From Candidatus Muiribacteriota bacterium (GTDB taxonomy: Bacteria > Muiribacteriota > Muiribacteriia > Muiribacteriales > Muiribacteriaceae), in the NCBI GenBank assembly GCA_051747805.1, contig JBNJGP010000056.1, positions 1-17,300 of the forward strand: a stretch of DNA of 17,300 bases. The letters are read 5' to 3'. The notes under the pieces were generated by a model. It had not been told where the DNA came from and did no database searches. It saw only the letters and a program-made list of their open reading frames with translations. Below are positions 1-7,972 of this stretch, one piece after another. Position 1 is the stretch's first letter. Each line of letters begins with the position of its first letter. The translations under genes were made by a program, and so were the position numbers.

Positions 1-63
1 GTTTTATTTTATTTCGTAATAAATTTTAATCTCTTGCTCTAATCTGTTTTTATCGGATCCTTA

Positions 64-118
64 CTTCTCACCTCTCACTTCTCACCTCTCACTTCTCACG
101 GCTCTCATCGGCTCCTCA
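64..118. repeat. Tandem heptamer repeat array, alternating CTTCTCA/CCTCTCA x5, followed by two degenerate units
   Basis: CTTCTCA 64-70, CCTCTCA 71-77, CTTCTCA 78-84, CCTCTCA 85-91, CTTCTCA 92-98, then CGGCTCTCA 99-107 and TCGGCTCCTCA 108-118; non-coding region. Confidence 0.9.
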
Positions 119-164
119 TTCTTGTCTACAGGTTATTTTTATTGCTTTTTAACCAGTAAAAGAA

Positions 165-194
165 TTGAATTATATATTTATACCCTGTTATAAT
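165..194 (+). promoter_or_regulatory. Sigma70/SigA-type promoter for the ABC transporter operon
   Basis: -35 TTGAAT (165-170), 18-nt spacer, extended -10 TG-T-TATAAT (186-194), about 65 nt upstream of ATG 259; SD AGGAG at 246-250. Confidence 0.7.
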
Positions 195-258
195 TTTTCT
201 GGTACATTATTTGCTTTACTAATTTTTACATCAGCCTAATTTCTCAGGAGATTTAATT

Positions 259-1203
259 ATGATAAAGTTGAAAGAAGTAACTAAAAAATTCGGCTCATTT
301 ACTGCGGTTGACTCTATAGACCTTGAAATCAGAAGAGGAGAAATTCTTGGATTGCTTGGACCAAATGGTGCGGGAAAAACCACAACTATGAGAATGATTA
401 CAGGTTTTTTTCCACATACGTCTGGTTATATTGAAATTGATGATAAAAATATTCTTAATAACCCGCTTGAAATTAGAGAAAAAATAGGTTATTTACCTGA
501 GTCCAATCCACTTTATTTTGATATGAGAGTTTTTGAATACTTAATCTACGTTGCTAAGTTAAAAAAGGTGAAAAATCCTTTGGAGCGGGCCTCATGGGTG
601 ATTGAAAAAACAGGTTTGGAAGAAATGCAGAAAAGATTGATTGGTAAGCTTTCAAAAGGTTATAAGCAGAGAGTTGGAATAGCTCAGGCCTTAATAAATG
701 AACCTGAAATCCTCATTCTTGACGAGCCAACTGTAGGGCTTGATCCAAGGCAGATAGTTGAAATAAGAGAGCTTATTCGCAGTTTTGCAAAAGAACATAC
801 TGTTATACTTTCAACTCATATTCTCCCAGAGGTTTCAGTTACCTGTGACAGGGCTGCTATTATGCATAGAGGGAAAATAATTGCGGTTGATAAGCCTCAG
901 AGGCTTCTTGAGAGTTTTAAAACAGGATATGATGCAGATGTTTTTGTGGAATTTGAAGGAGAAAAATCTGATGGAGAAAAAATAATTTCAAAATATTCCC
1001 GCGAATTTGAATGTGTTTTCAGCACTCATAATATTTTTAAATATCGAATAACTAAAACTGAAAAAGATATAAGACCTGAACTTGTTAAAGATTTTGTATC
1101 AAGTAATATAAATCTTTATGAGATTTACGGTGAAAATCCTCAGCTTGAACATGTTTTTATTAGTCTTGTAGGGGAAGAAGAAAATAAATATTATAGTAAA
1201 TAA
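259..1203 (+). CDS. ABC-2 type transporter ATP-binding protein (GldA-like), cassette 1
   Basis: Walker A GPNGAGKTT, signature LSKGYKQR, Walker B ILILDEPT, H-loop STH; C-terminal accessory domain; SD AGGAG 246-250. Confidence 0.92.
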   Translation: MIKLKEVTKKFGSFTAVDSIDLEIRRGEILGLLGPNGAGKTTTMRMITGFFPHTSGYIEIDDKNILNNPLEIREKIGYLPESNPLYFDMRVFEYLIYVAKLKKVKNPLERASWVIEKTGLEEMQKRLIGKLSKGYKQRVGIAQALINEPEILILDEPTVGLDPRQIVEIRELIRSFAKEHTVILSTHILPEVSVTCDRAAIMHRGKIIAVDKPQRLLESFKTGYDADVFVEFEGEKSDGEKIISKYSREFECVFSTHNIFKYRITKTEKDIRPELVKDFVSSNINLYEIYGENPQLEHVFISLVGEEENKYYSK

Positions 1204-1226
1204 TTTGAGTTTAAAGGGGTATTAAA

Positions 1227-1943
1227 ATGAAACAAATTTATATTATAGCTTTAAAAGAACTTAAATCCTATTTTTTTTCACCGCTTGCATATGTAATAAT
1301 GACAGTTTTTGCTTTGCTTTCTGGATATTTTTTTACTGGAGTTGTTTTTCATACTAGAAACGCAAATGATTTTGGAGTTTTTATAAGTTATTTATCAAGC
1401 CTTTTATTGCTTGTCATACCGCTTATTACTATGAGAAGTTTTGCAGAAGAAAATAAATCCGGAACTTTTGAGCTTGTGCTATCTTATCCGCTTAAATCAT
1501 GGCAGTTTGTTGTAGGTAAATTTGCCGGTGCCTCCCTTTTTTCATTTATCATGATACTTCCAACCTTGTTTTATATTTCTTTTCTTGAAATGTACTCAAT
1601 TCCTGATTATGGTATTATTGTTGGAGGATATGCCGGGATTATGCTTTTATCAATGTGTTTTATCTCCTTTGGTATTTTCGCCTCCTCGCTTACGGAGTCT
1701 CAGGTAGTAGCAGGTATAGCAAGTTTTGGATTTCTGCTTCTTTTATGGGCAATAGATTTTTTATTTGAATATGTAAATTACACAACAGGTTTAATATTAA
1801 GAGCCCTATCTATAAGAAACAGTTTTATGTTTTTTGCAAGAGGAATAATTGATTCAAGAGCGTTAGTCTTTTTTGTTTCAATAATTATATTTATGCTTTT
1901 ACTTACTGTTAAAATAATTGAAGATAAGAGGTACAGATCATGA
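1227..1943 (+). CDS. ABC-2 type permease (GldF-like), cassette 1
   Basis: N-terminal KELKSYFFSPLAY motif, ITMRSFAEENKSGTFELVLSYP..W..VVGKF motif, about 6 hydrophobic segments. Confidence 0.9.
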   Translation: MKQIYIIALKELKSYFFSPLAYVIMTVFALLSGYFFTGVVFHTRNANDFGVFISYLSSLLLLVIPLITMRSFAEENKSGTFELVLSYPLKSWQFVVGKFAGASLFSFIMILPTLFYISFLEMYSIPDYGIIVGGYAGIMLLSMCFISFGIFASSLTESQVVAGIASFGFLLLLWAIDFLFEYVNYTTGLILRALSIRNSFMFFARGIIDSRALVFFVSIIIFMLLLTVKIIEDKRYRS

Positions 1944-3307
1944 AAAAAAGAACTTCATATAGAATTAATAATGCGATTACAATCTTTTTGATTTTTATAC
2001 TGCTGATTTTTATTAATATAATATCTAATTTTAAATTTTTTCATATAGATATTACAGAAAGTATGTTAAATTCTCTTTCAGAAAGTACTTCGCAGGTACT
2101 TAGTCAAGTTGATGAGGAGCTTCAAATTCATGCTTTTTACTCTAATTCAAGCCCTCATTATGCCCAGCTTACAGGGAGATTAGAGCAGCTTTCAATTGAA
2201 AATTCGAATATAAAAACTTTTGTAAGTGACCCCGAAATGAATCCCGGGAAAGCTTCTGAGTATGGAGCAGTGCAGGAAATGAGCGTGATTGAATACAAGG
2301 GCAGAAGAGCGGAAGTCCGTGGTGTTAGCGAAGAGAGGTTTGTTCTTGGGATTAATAGAGTTTTACATGAAAAAACTTATAATATATATTTTTTACAGGG
2401 GTATGGCGGAAAAAGTATTACTTCTTATGAAGAGGACAGTTATTCAAAAGCTGCTGATTTTTTAAAAGAAAGCGGGTATAACGTAGATAAGATTTCTCTA
2501 ACAAATATTGAAAAAATACCTGAAGACTGTGATACTCTTGTAATAGCAGCTCCTTCAATTAATACTGAAGAAAGAGAACTTGATATACTTAAAAATTATT
2601 TTGATAACGATGGCAGTGTATTTTTATTACTTGACACTACTTTTGAGGGTGGCGCTTCCTTTAAAAAATTTGCACATTACCTGGGTTTTTCTGTTTTTGA
2701 TGGTTTTTTAGTTGATATGGTATCTCATTTATGGCAGGACGCGACAACTCCTGTTGTAAAGGATTATCGATCTCATTTTATAACAGAAAGGCTGCCGCAG
2801 ACTGCTTTTCCTCTTGTAAGACCCATACAGGAGTCAAGAAATAAGCCAAGAGGCGAATATCTTGTTCAAAAAATATTAGAATCACATCCCGAAGAAAGTT
2901 TTTTAAAAATCACAGATTCTATTACGCAGCGGGTAGAATTTAATCCGGCAACTGATGAAGAAGGCCCTGCGCTTATTCTGGGAACAAGTACTAAAAGTGG
3001 TAAGTTTGATGATAATAATAACCTTGTTCAGATTAATTCCCGTGCGGTTGTATCTGCAGACGCTACATTTCTTACGGATGCCTGGATAGAACGTTTTGGA
3101 AATGCACAACTTTTTGGCAATATTATTGACTGGCTTGCTTCTGATGGGCAGGTTATTACGGCAAGGGCTGTTGACCAAAGGGCACGGAGAATTATAGAGC
3201 TGTCTAATTTTGCAAGAAACAAAATTTTTTATTTTTCAATAATAATTATACCTGTATTAATTGCTCTTTTTGGAATTCTTGTTATTTACAGGAGAGAAAA
3301 AGAATGA
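1940..3307 (+). CDS. GldG-family ABC transporter auxiliary component (GIFT/ABC_transp_aux domain), cassette 1
   Basis: N-terminal TM, DIT...SLSEST..VL motif, IYFLQGYG, IPEDCDTLVIAAP, DATFLTD...GNAQLFGNIIDWL, C-terminal TM; ATGA overlap with upstream permease. Confidence 0.85.
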   Translation: MKKRTSYRINNAITIFLIFILLIFINIISNFKFFHIDITESMLNSLSESTSQVLSQVDEELQIHAFYSNSSPHYAQLTGRLEQLSIENSNIKTFVSDPEMNPGKASEYGAVQEMSVIEYKGRRAEVRGVSEERFVLGINRVLHEKTYNIYFLQGYGGKSITSYEEDSYSKAADFLKESGYNVDKISLTNIEKIPEDCDTLVIAAPSINTEERELDILKNYFDNDGSVFLLLDTTFEGGASFKKFAHYLGFSVFDGFLVDMVSHLWQDATTPVVKDYRSHFITERLPQTAFPLVRPIQESRNKPRGEYLVQKILESHPEESFLKITDSITQRVEFNPATDEEGPALILGTSTKSGKFDDNNNLVQINSRAVVSADATFLTDAWIERFGNAQLFGNIIDWLASDGQVITARAVDQRARRIIELSNFARNKIFYFSIIIIPVLIALFGILVIYRREKE

Positions 3308-3789
3308 ACAAAATAAATATTATAATTCTTTTAATGGTGATTATTTCAGGAATATTAACCTACTTAACAGTTTTTGAAACCGGCGAATCTTTTCTTATCG
3401 AGCGGGTTCAAAAAGGTTTTATAGACGAAATTATTATTCGAAGTGAGGGCGAGGTTTATAATCTTAAAAAAAAAAATAATAATTTTTTTTATAATGGGGA
3501 AAAAATACAAACTCATCAAATTGATAAATTTTTTATTAAACTGAACTCTATAGTTATTTTAAGAGAAATGGGAAATATCACAGAAATGCGCTCTTTTGGG
3601 TTGGATGAGCCCCGGCTTGAGCTGGAAGTGAAAAAAGGAGGTCAATCTGTGCATGAAATAAAAATAGGGAACCGGAATCCGGCTAATACTGGTTTTTATA
3701 TAATTTATAATAAAAAATTATTTTTAATTACAGCAGACTTTTATAATGAGGTGATTAATTTAAGGAGGAGTCTTGATGATCAAAGTTAA
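3304..3789 (+). CDS. Membrane-anchored DUF4340-like protein (short, single-domain form), cassette 1
   Basis: N-terminal TM anchor; FGLDEPRLELEV and IGNRNPANTGFY motifs typical of DUF4340; position after gldG-like gene; ATGA overlap. Confidence 0.7.
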   Translation: MNKINIIILLMVIISGILTYLTVFETGESFLIERVQKGFIDEIIIRSEGEVYNLKKKNNNFFYNGEKIQTHQIDKFFIKLNSIVILREMGNITEMRSFGLDEPRLELEVKKGGQSVHEIKIGNRNPANTGFYIIYNKKLFLITADFYNEVINLRRSLDDQS

Positions 3790-4705
3790 AAATCTGATGA
3801 AAAAATACGGTGAAGTTAAGGCTGTTTCCAATCTCAACTTTAATATTAACGAGGGTGAAATTGTTGGTTTTCTAGGGCCTAATGGAGCCGGAAAAACAAC
3901 AACATTACGTATTTTAACCGGTTATATTCCAGCAACAGAGGGTAGTGCCGAAATAGCAGGATATGATGTTTTTGAAAATTCTGTTGAGGTAAAAAAAAAT
4001 ATAGGATATTTACCGGAATTTCCACCTATTTATCCAGATTTAACAGTGAGGGACTATCTTGATTTTGTTTGTGGTATTAAAGGGGTTTTAAAAAAAAACA
4101 AAAAAGAATATACAGAATATGTTGTTGAAAAATGTGGTCTTTCCGATGTTTATACCAGAATTTCAGGAGAGCTTTCAAAAGGATATAAACAGAGACTGGG
4201 GATTGCCCAGGCAATGATTTCAAGACCAAAAATCCTTTTTCTTGATGAGCCTACAACTGGACTTGATCCAATACAAATTATAGAAGTGAGGAACTTAATC
4301 AAAGAACTTAGAAAAGAGCATACAATTATGCTTTCGACCCATATTCTACCAGAAGTTTCAGCTACCTGTGACAAGGTTATTATTATTAATAATGGAAAAA
4401 TAATTGCAGAAGATACGCCGGTAAACTTATCTAATAAGTTAAGCGGGGGAAAAATTTTCAAAATAAAAGTTAAAAGTGATTTTGATAAAGCGCTTAATAT
4501 AATTGGAGGAATAGAATTAATCAAAGATTTAAAAAATGATAATGATGAAACAATTGAAGTAGAGCTTATTGATGAAGAAAAAATATCCGAACTTATTTTA
4601 TATGCTGTAAATGAGGGAATTAAACTTTACAGTGTAATACCAAAAACAGCCACTCTTGAAGAAGTTTTTCTTGATCTTACATTAAAAGAGGAGGTGGAGT
4701 CATAA
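3776..4705 (+). CDS. ABC-2 type transporter ATP-binding protein (GldA-like), cassette 2
   Basis: Walker A GPNGAGKTT, LSKGYKQR, LFLDEPT, STH; SD AAGGAGG 3762-3768 favours ATG 3776 over TTG 3773. Confidence 0.92.
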   Translation: MIKVKNLMKKYGEVKAVSNLNFNINEGEIVGFLGPNGAGKTTTLRILTGYIPATEGSAEIAGYDVFENSVEVKKNIGYLPEFPPIYPDLTVRDYLDFVCGIKGVLKKNKKEYTEYVVEKCGLSDVYTRISGELSKGYKQRLGIAQAMISRPKILFLDEPTTGLDPIQIIEVRNLIKELRKEHTIMLSTHILPEVSATCDKVIIINNGKIIAEDTPVNLSNKLSGGKIFKIKVKSDFDKALNIIGGIELIKDLKNDNDETIEVELIDEEKISELILYAVNEGIKLYSVIPKTATLEEVFLDLTLKEEVES

Positions 4706-5472
4706 TGAATAATATTTTTTTTATTATTAAAAAAGAAATGAAACATTTTTTTCAATCTCCGCTGGCATATATATTTTTAACAGTTTTTTTATTAATTTCT
4801 TCCTTTTTCTTTGTGTCATCTCTTGAAAGATATATAAATGCGAGTACCAACGCGACCTCTCCTTATGCAGAGGAGGTTGAGCTCACTTTCAGCATGGCGG
4901 CAGGGAATTTTTTAGGAAATTTATCTGTAGTACTTCTATTTATTATACCAATAATATGTATGCGGTCTATTGCGGAGGAAAGAAAAACTGGTACTTTTGA
5001 ACTTCTTATGACTTCTCCTATTAAGAACTGGGAGTTAATACTTGGAAAATATTTTTCGGTACTTATTGTTTTTTTGATAATGATTTTATTTTTAATGATT
5101 TATCCTCTTGCGGTTTATTTTATAATGCCTTTTTTTATAAAACCCTTATTTTCGATTTTTCTTGGGTTTTTCCTGCTTGGAGCAGCTTGTAGTGCAGTTT
5201 CAGTGTTTTTTTCTGCCCTCTCAAAAAGTCCGGTTTATGCTGCAATATGGACATTTGGTGCTTTGCTTATTATGTGGGTTGCAAGCTGGTCTGGCGAGGT
5301 GGCTGGCGGATATACCGGGGCTTTTTTAACTCAGCTTTCTCTTTTGACCCATATTCGTTCTTTTATGACAGGAATAATTTCATTAAATAATTTAATTTAT
5401 TTTATATCAGTAATTTTTTATACTCTTTTTTTAAGTAATTTATATATAGATTCTATAAGATGGAGGGAGTAG
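4705..5472 (+). CDS. ABC-2 type permease (GldF-like), cassette 2
   Basis: KEMKHFFQSPLAY, CMRSIAEERKTGTFELLMTSP..W..ILGKY motifs; multiple TM segments; TAATG overlap with ATPase gene. Confidence 0.9.
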   Translation: MNNIFFIIKKEMKHFFQSPLAYIFLTVFLLISSFFFVSSLERYINASTNATSPYAEEVELTFSMAAGNFLGNLSVVLLFIIPIICMRSIAEERKTGTFELLMTSPIKNWELILGKYFSVLIVFLIMILFLMIYPLAVYFIMPFFIKPLFSIFLGFFLLGAACSAVSVFFSALSKSPVYAAIWTFGALLIMWVASWSGEVAGGYTGAFLTQLSLLTHIRSFMTGIISLNNLIYFISVIFYTLFLSNLYIDSIRWRE

Positions 5473-5475
5473 TTG

Positions 5476-7059
5476 ATGAATTTTAAAAAAATGACTCAAT
5501 TTAATATAATACTTGCAATAATATTTGTGGCAGCTTCGATTTTAACTTATGGACTTGCAGGAAACATACTTGGGTGGTTACCTGTGATTTTTACAATAGT
5601 TGCAGCATTTCTTTTTATTTTGTTTATAATATTCAGGACAGATATACTTCTTGCTTCTGTAAAAGGGAAAAGTCTTAAGTTTACAACAAATGCGGTAATA
5701 TATGCCCTTATTGTTTTTGCAATAATATGGGCTCTTAATTTTATTGTTTACAATAATAACAAAGAAATAGACCTTACTCCGGGAAAACGTCATACGCTCG
5801 CTCCTCAGACTGTAAATGTGCTTCAGTCATTAGAAAAAGATGTAGAAGTTCTGGGTTTTTTTACTAATCAGGAGAGGGGTTTGAAAAATGAGTTTGAAAA
5901 TTTAATGGAGCGTTTCAGGCTTCATACAAGAAATGTAGAATATAAAAGTATTAATCCTGTTGAGAATCATAGTATAGCTACTCGATATAATGTTGAAAAG
6001 TCCGGAGTGATAATTTTTAAATGTGGTGAAAACGAGATAAGAAAAAAAGATATTACTGAAAGTGACTTTTTAAATGCTTTAACCGAGGTTTATTACGGTG
6101 GAAAACAACAGATATATTTTGTTAGAGGCCATGGCGAAAAAAGGTTGACGGGTGATGATGAGGATGCGATTTCAACAATGACGCATTTAATCAGGCAGGA
6201 TAATTATGAAATTAATGAACTTGAGCTTATTCGAAAAACAGAAATTCCTGATGATGCTGCGCTTATAATAGTTGCGGGTCCCGAGGTGGCATATGCCCAA
6301 AGCGAGCTTAATGTTTTAGAGGATTATATAAATAAAGGCGGAAAAGTTATTTTTATGATAGATCCTGAAAAAGAAATATTTGAAGATTTTATAAGCCGGT
6401 TCAATATTAAAGCACATAATAAAGTAATTATTGATTTAAATCCCCTTGGACAGTATATTGGAACCAACTATATAATGCCTATTGTTACAAATTACCATGT
6501 ACACCCGGTAATCGAAGGTTTTGATCTAGCTCTTGTTATGAAAAGAGCACTTCCTCTTGAAGTTAAAAGTGATGAAGAAGAAACATACAATGCTGAAATT
6601 ATTGCCCTAACTGGAGAAGACTCCTGGGGAGAAAGCAATCTTGAATCTTTGAAAGCAAGTCAGAAAGTTAGTTATGAAGAAGAAAATGATCTTGAAGGTC
6701 CTCTCGGAGTTGTGGCTGTTGCTGAAAAGGAAATTAAAAATGATATGATTTTTGATGATTCTTCAGAAGAAGAAAATGCAAGTATTTATTCGCGTGTAAT
6801 GGTTATTGGGGATTCTGATTTTATAACAAATGAGATTATTAACATGCAGGGAAATGGACAGTTTTTTCTTAACTGTATAAACTATATGACCGGATTTGAG
6901 GATTTTATAGCTTTGAGACCACGTGAAGTTGTAAAGGAACTTTTTCAACCTACAGAGCGTGAAGTCACTAGACTTTATTATCTTTACTATCTTATTATTC
7001 CATTAATACCTGTATTGATTTATGCGGTGTTTTTTTTAATTAGAAAAAGAGGGAAGTAA
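5476..7059 (+). CDS. GldG-family ABC transporter auxiliary component with extra N-terminal TM helices, cassette 2
   Basis: Three N-terminal hydrophobic segments, DLTPGKRHTLAPQT, IYFVRGHGEK, IPDDAALIIVAGP, VIGDSDF...GNGQFFLNCINYM, C-terminal TM; start ambiguous (TTG 5473 or ATG 5476). Confidence 0.88.
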   Translation: MNFKKMTQFNIILAIIFVAASILTYGLAGNILGWLPVIFTIVAAFLFILFIIFRTDILLASVKGKSLKFTTNAVIYALIVFAIIWALNFIVYNNNKEIDLTPGKRHTLAPQTVNVLQSLEKDVEVLGFFTNQERGLKNEFENLMERFRLHTRNVEYKSINPVENHSIATRYNVEKSGVIIFKCGENEIRKKDITESDFLNALTEVYYGGKQQIYFVRGHGEKRLTGDDEDAISTMTHLIRQDNYEINELELIRKTEIPDDAALIIVAGPEVAYAQSELNVLEDYINKGGKVIFMIDPEKEIFEDFISRFNIKAHNKVIIDLNPLGQYIGTNYIMPIVTNYHVHPVIEGFDLALVMKRALPLEVKSDEEETYNAEIIALTGEDSWGESNLESLKASQKVSYEEENDLEGPLGVVAVAEKEIKNDMIFDDSSEEENASIYSRVMVIGDSDFITNEIINMQGNGQFFLNCINYMTGFEDFIALRPREVVKELFQPTEREVTRLYYLYYLIIPLIPVLIYAVFFLIRKRGK

Positions 7060-7060
7060 A

Positions 7061-7972
7061 ATGAAAAAATATTTAATTAAAATAACAGTTTCTTTTATTG
7101 TTCTTATTTTAATTCTTTTTTATATTGATTATATTGAGGAAAAAAAAGTTAAGGATATAAGTGAATCAAACGTTGTTTTAGATTTTGAAAGGAACAATAT
7201 TTCAAGGTTAGAATTTCAATATGAAGATGATAATGTTTTTTTATTTGAAAAGAGAGAAGATGACTGGATGATGTTAAGACCTTATAACTTTTGGTGTGAA
7301 AGAGGAAGGATAGTTTCAATAATTTCTTCCCTTGAGAATTTTAAATATACAAATAAGCTTAAAAATGTTGAGAATAAAGATTTCGGAACAAAAAAACCGT
7401 ATTTTAGAGTGATTCTAGCTGAAGAAGAAAATTCTTATAAACTTTATTTTGGGGATAAAACATTTGATAAAAAAGATTATTATTTAAAATATTCCGGGAG
7501 CGAAAATATTTACACAGTTTCAAAACAACTACTTTCAAATTTTATACCAGATCCTTTTTACTATAAGCAAAGAAAGGTTTTTGATATAGAAAAAAAGTTT
7601 GTTAAAAAAGTTAAGATAGTGGGAGAGGATAAAACGTTAACCGCCATAAGCGAAGTTGAAAGTGATGAATTTGAATTTTTTATAAAAGCAAATGATAAGG
7701 AGAGCTCTTTAAATAATAAAAAAGCAGTTGAACTTATTGATAGTTTTATATACTTGAGAGCTAGGGAATGGATGGATTTTGAAAACAGTAAATATTCAGA
7801 TATTAGTTTTATGAATACAGATTATACAGTTGAAATTATTACGGTGGAAGAAAATATAAAAATTTTAATAAAAGAAAAAGATGGTCATTATTTTGCGAAG
7901 TTGGCGGACAGTGTTGAGGTTTTTACCGTTCATGAATATATTTTTGAAGAGTTTCACAGTTTAGATTTATGA
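7061..7972 (+). CDS. Membrane-anchored DUF4340-like protein (long form), cassette 2
   Basis: N-terminal TM; W.M..P, DFGTKKP, LYFGDKTFDKKDYY, IYTV motifs; second repeat-like domain after YKQRKVF; syntenic after gldG-like gene. Confidence 0.7.
   Translation: MKKYLIKITVSFIVLILILFYIDYIEEKKVKDISESNVVLDFERNNISRLEFQYEDDNVFLFEKREDDWMMLRPYNFWCERGRIVSIISSLENFKYTNKLKNVENKDFGTKKPYFRVILAEEENSYKLYFGDKTFDKKDYYLKYSGSENIYTVSKQLLSNFIPDPFYYKQRKVFDIEKKFVKKVKIVGEDKTLTAISEVESDEFEFFIKANDKESSLNNKKAVELIDSFIYLRAREWMDFENSKYSDISFMNTDYTVEIITVEENIKILIKEKDGHYFAKLADSVEVFTVHEYIFEEFHSLDL

Noticed and set aside
64..118. Heptamer array as a CRISPR array or coding repeat
   Set aside because: Units are 7 bp with no spacers; minus-strand ATGs in the region hit TGA within 4-8 codons
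1205..1213. TTGAGTTTA just after the first gene's stop, repeated at 17264-17272 after ygeY
   Set aside because: 9-bp AT-rich match is expected by chance; no shared structure
2903..3222. Minus-strand ORFs 2903-3178 and 3028-3222
   Set aside because: Fully antisense to the GldG-like gene; no recognisable motifs; shadow ORFs
4150..6948. Minus-strand ORFs 4150-4524, 5578-5793 and 6763-6948
   Set aside because: Antisense to well-supported ATPase and GldG-like genes; Ser/Ile/Phe- or Lys/Cys-rich composition typical of reverse-frame artefacts
259..7972. Calling the cassettes bona fide gliding-motility genes (gldA/gldF/gldG)
   Set aside because: No other gliding or T9SS genes are visible and this cassette family is widespread in non-gliding bacteria, so symbols were withheld
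1940..7972. TGA codons as selenocysteine or recoding, prompted by the selenium-linked ygeY
   Set aside because: The TGA stops (1941, 3305, 7970) are ordinary ATGA overlaps at natural protein ends; no interrupted frames were seen
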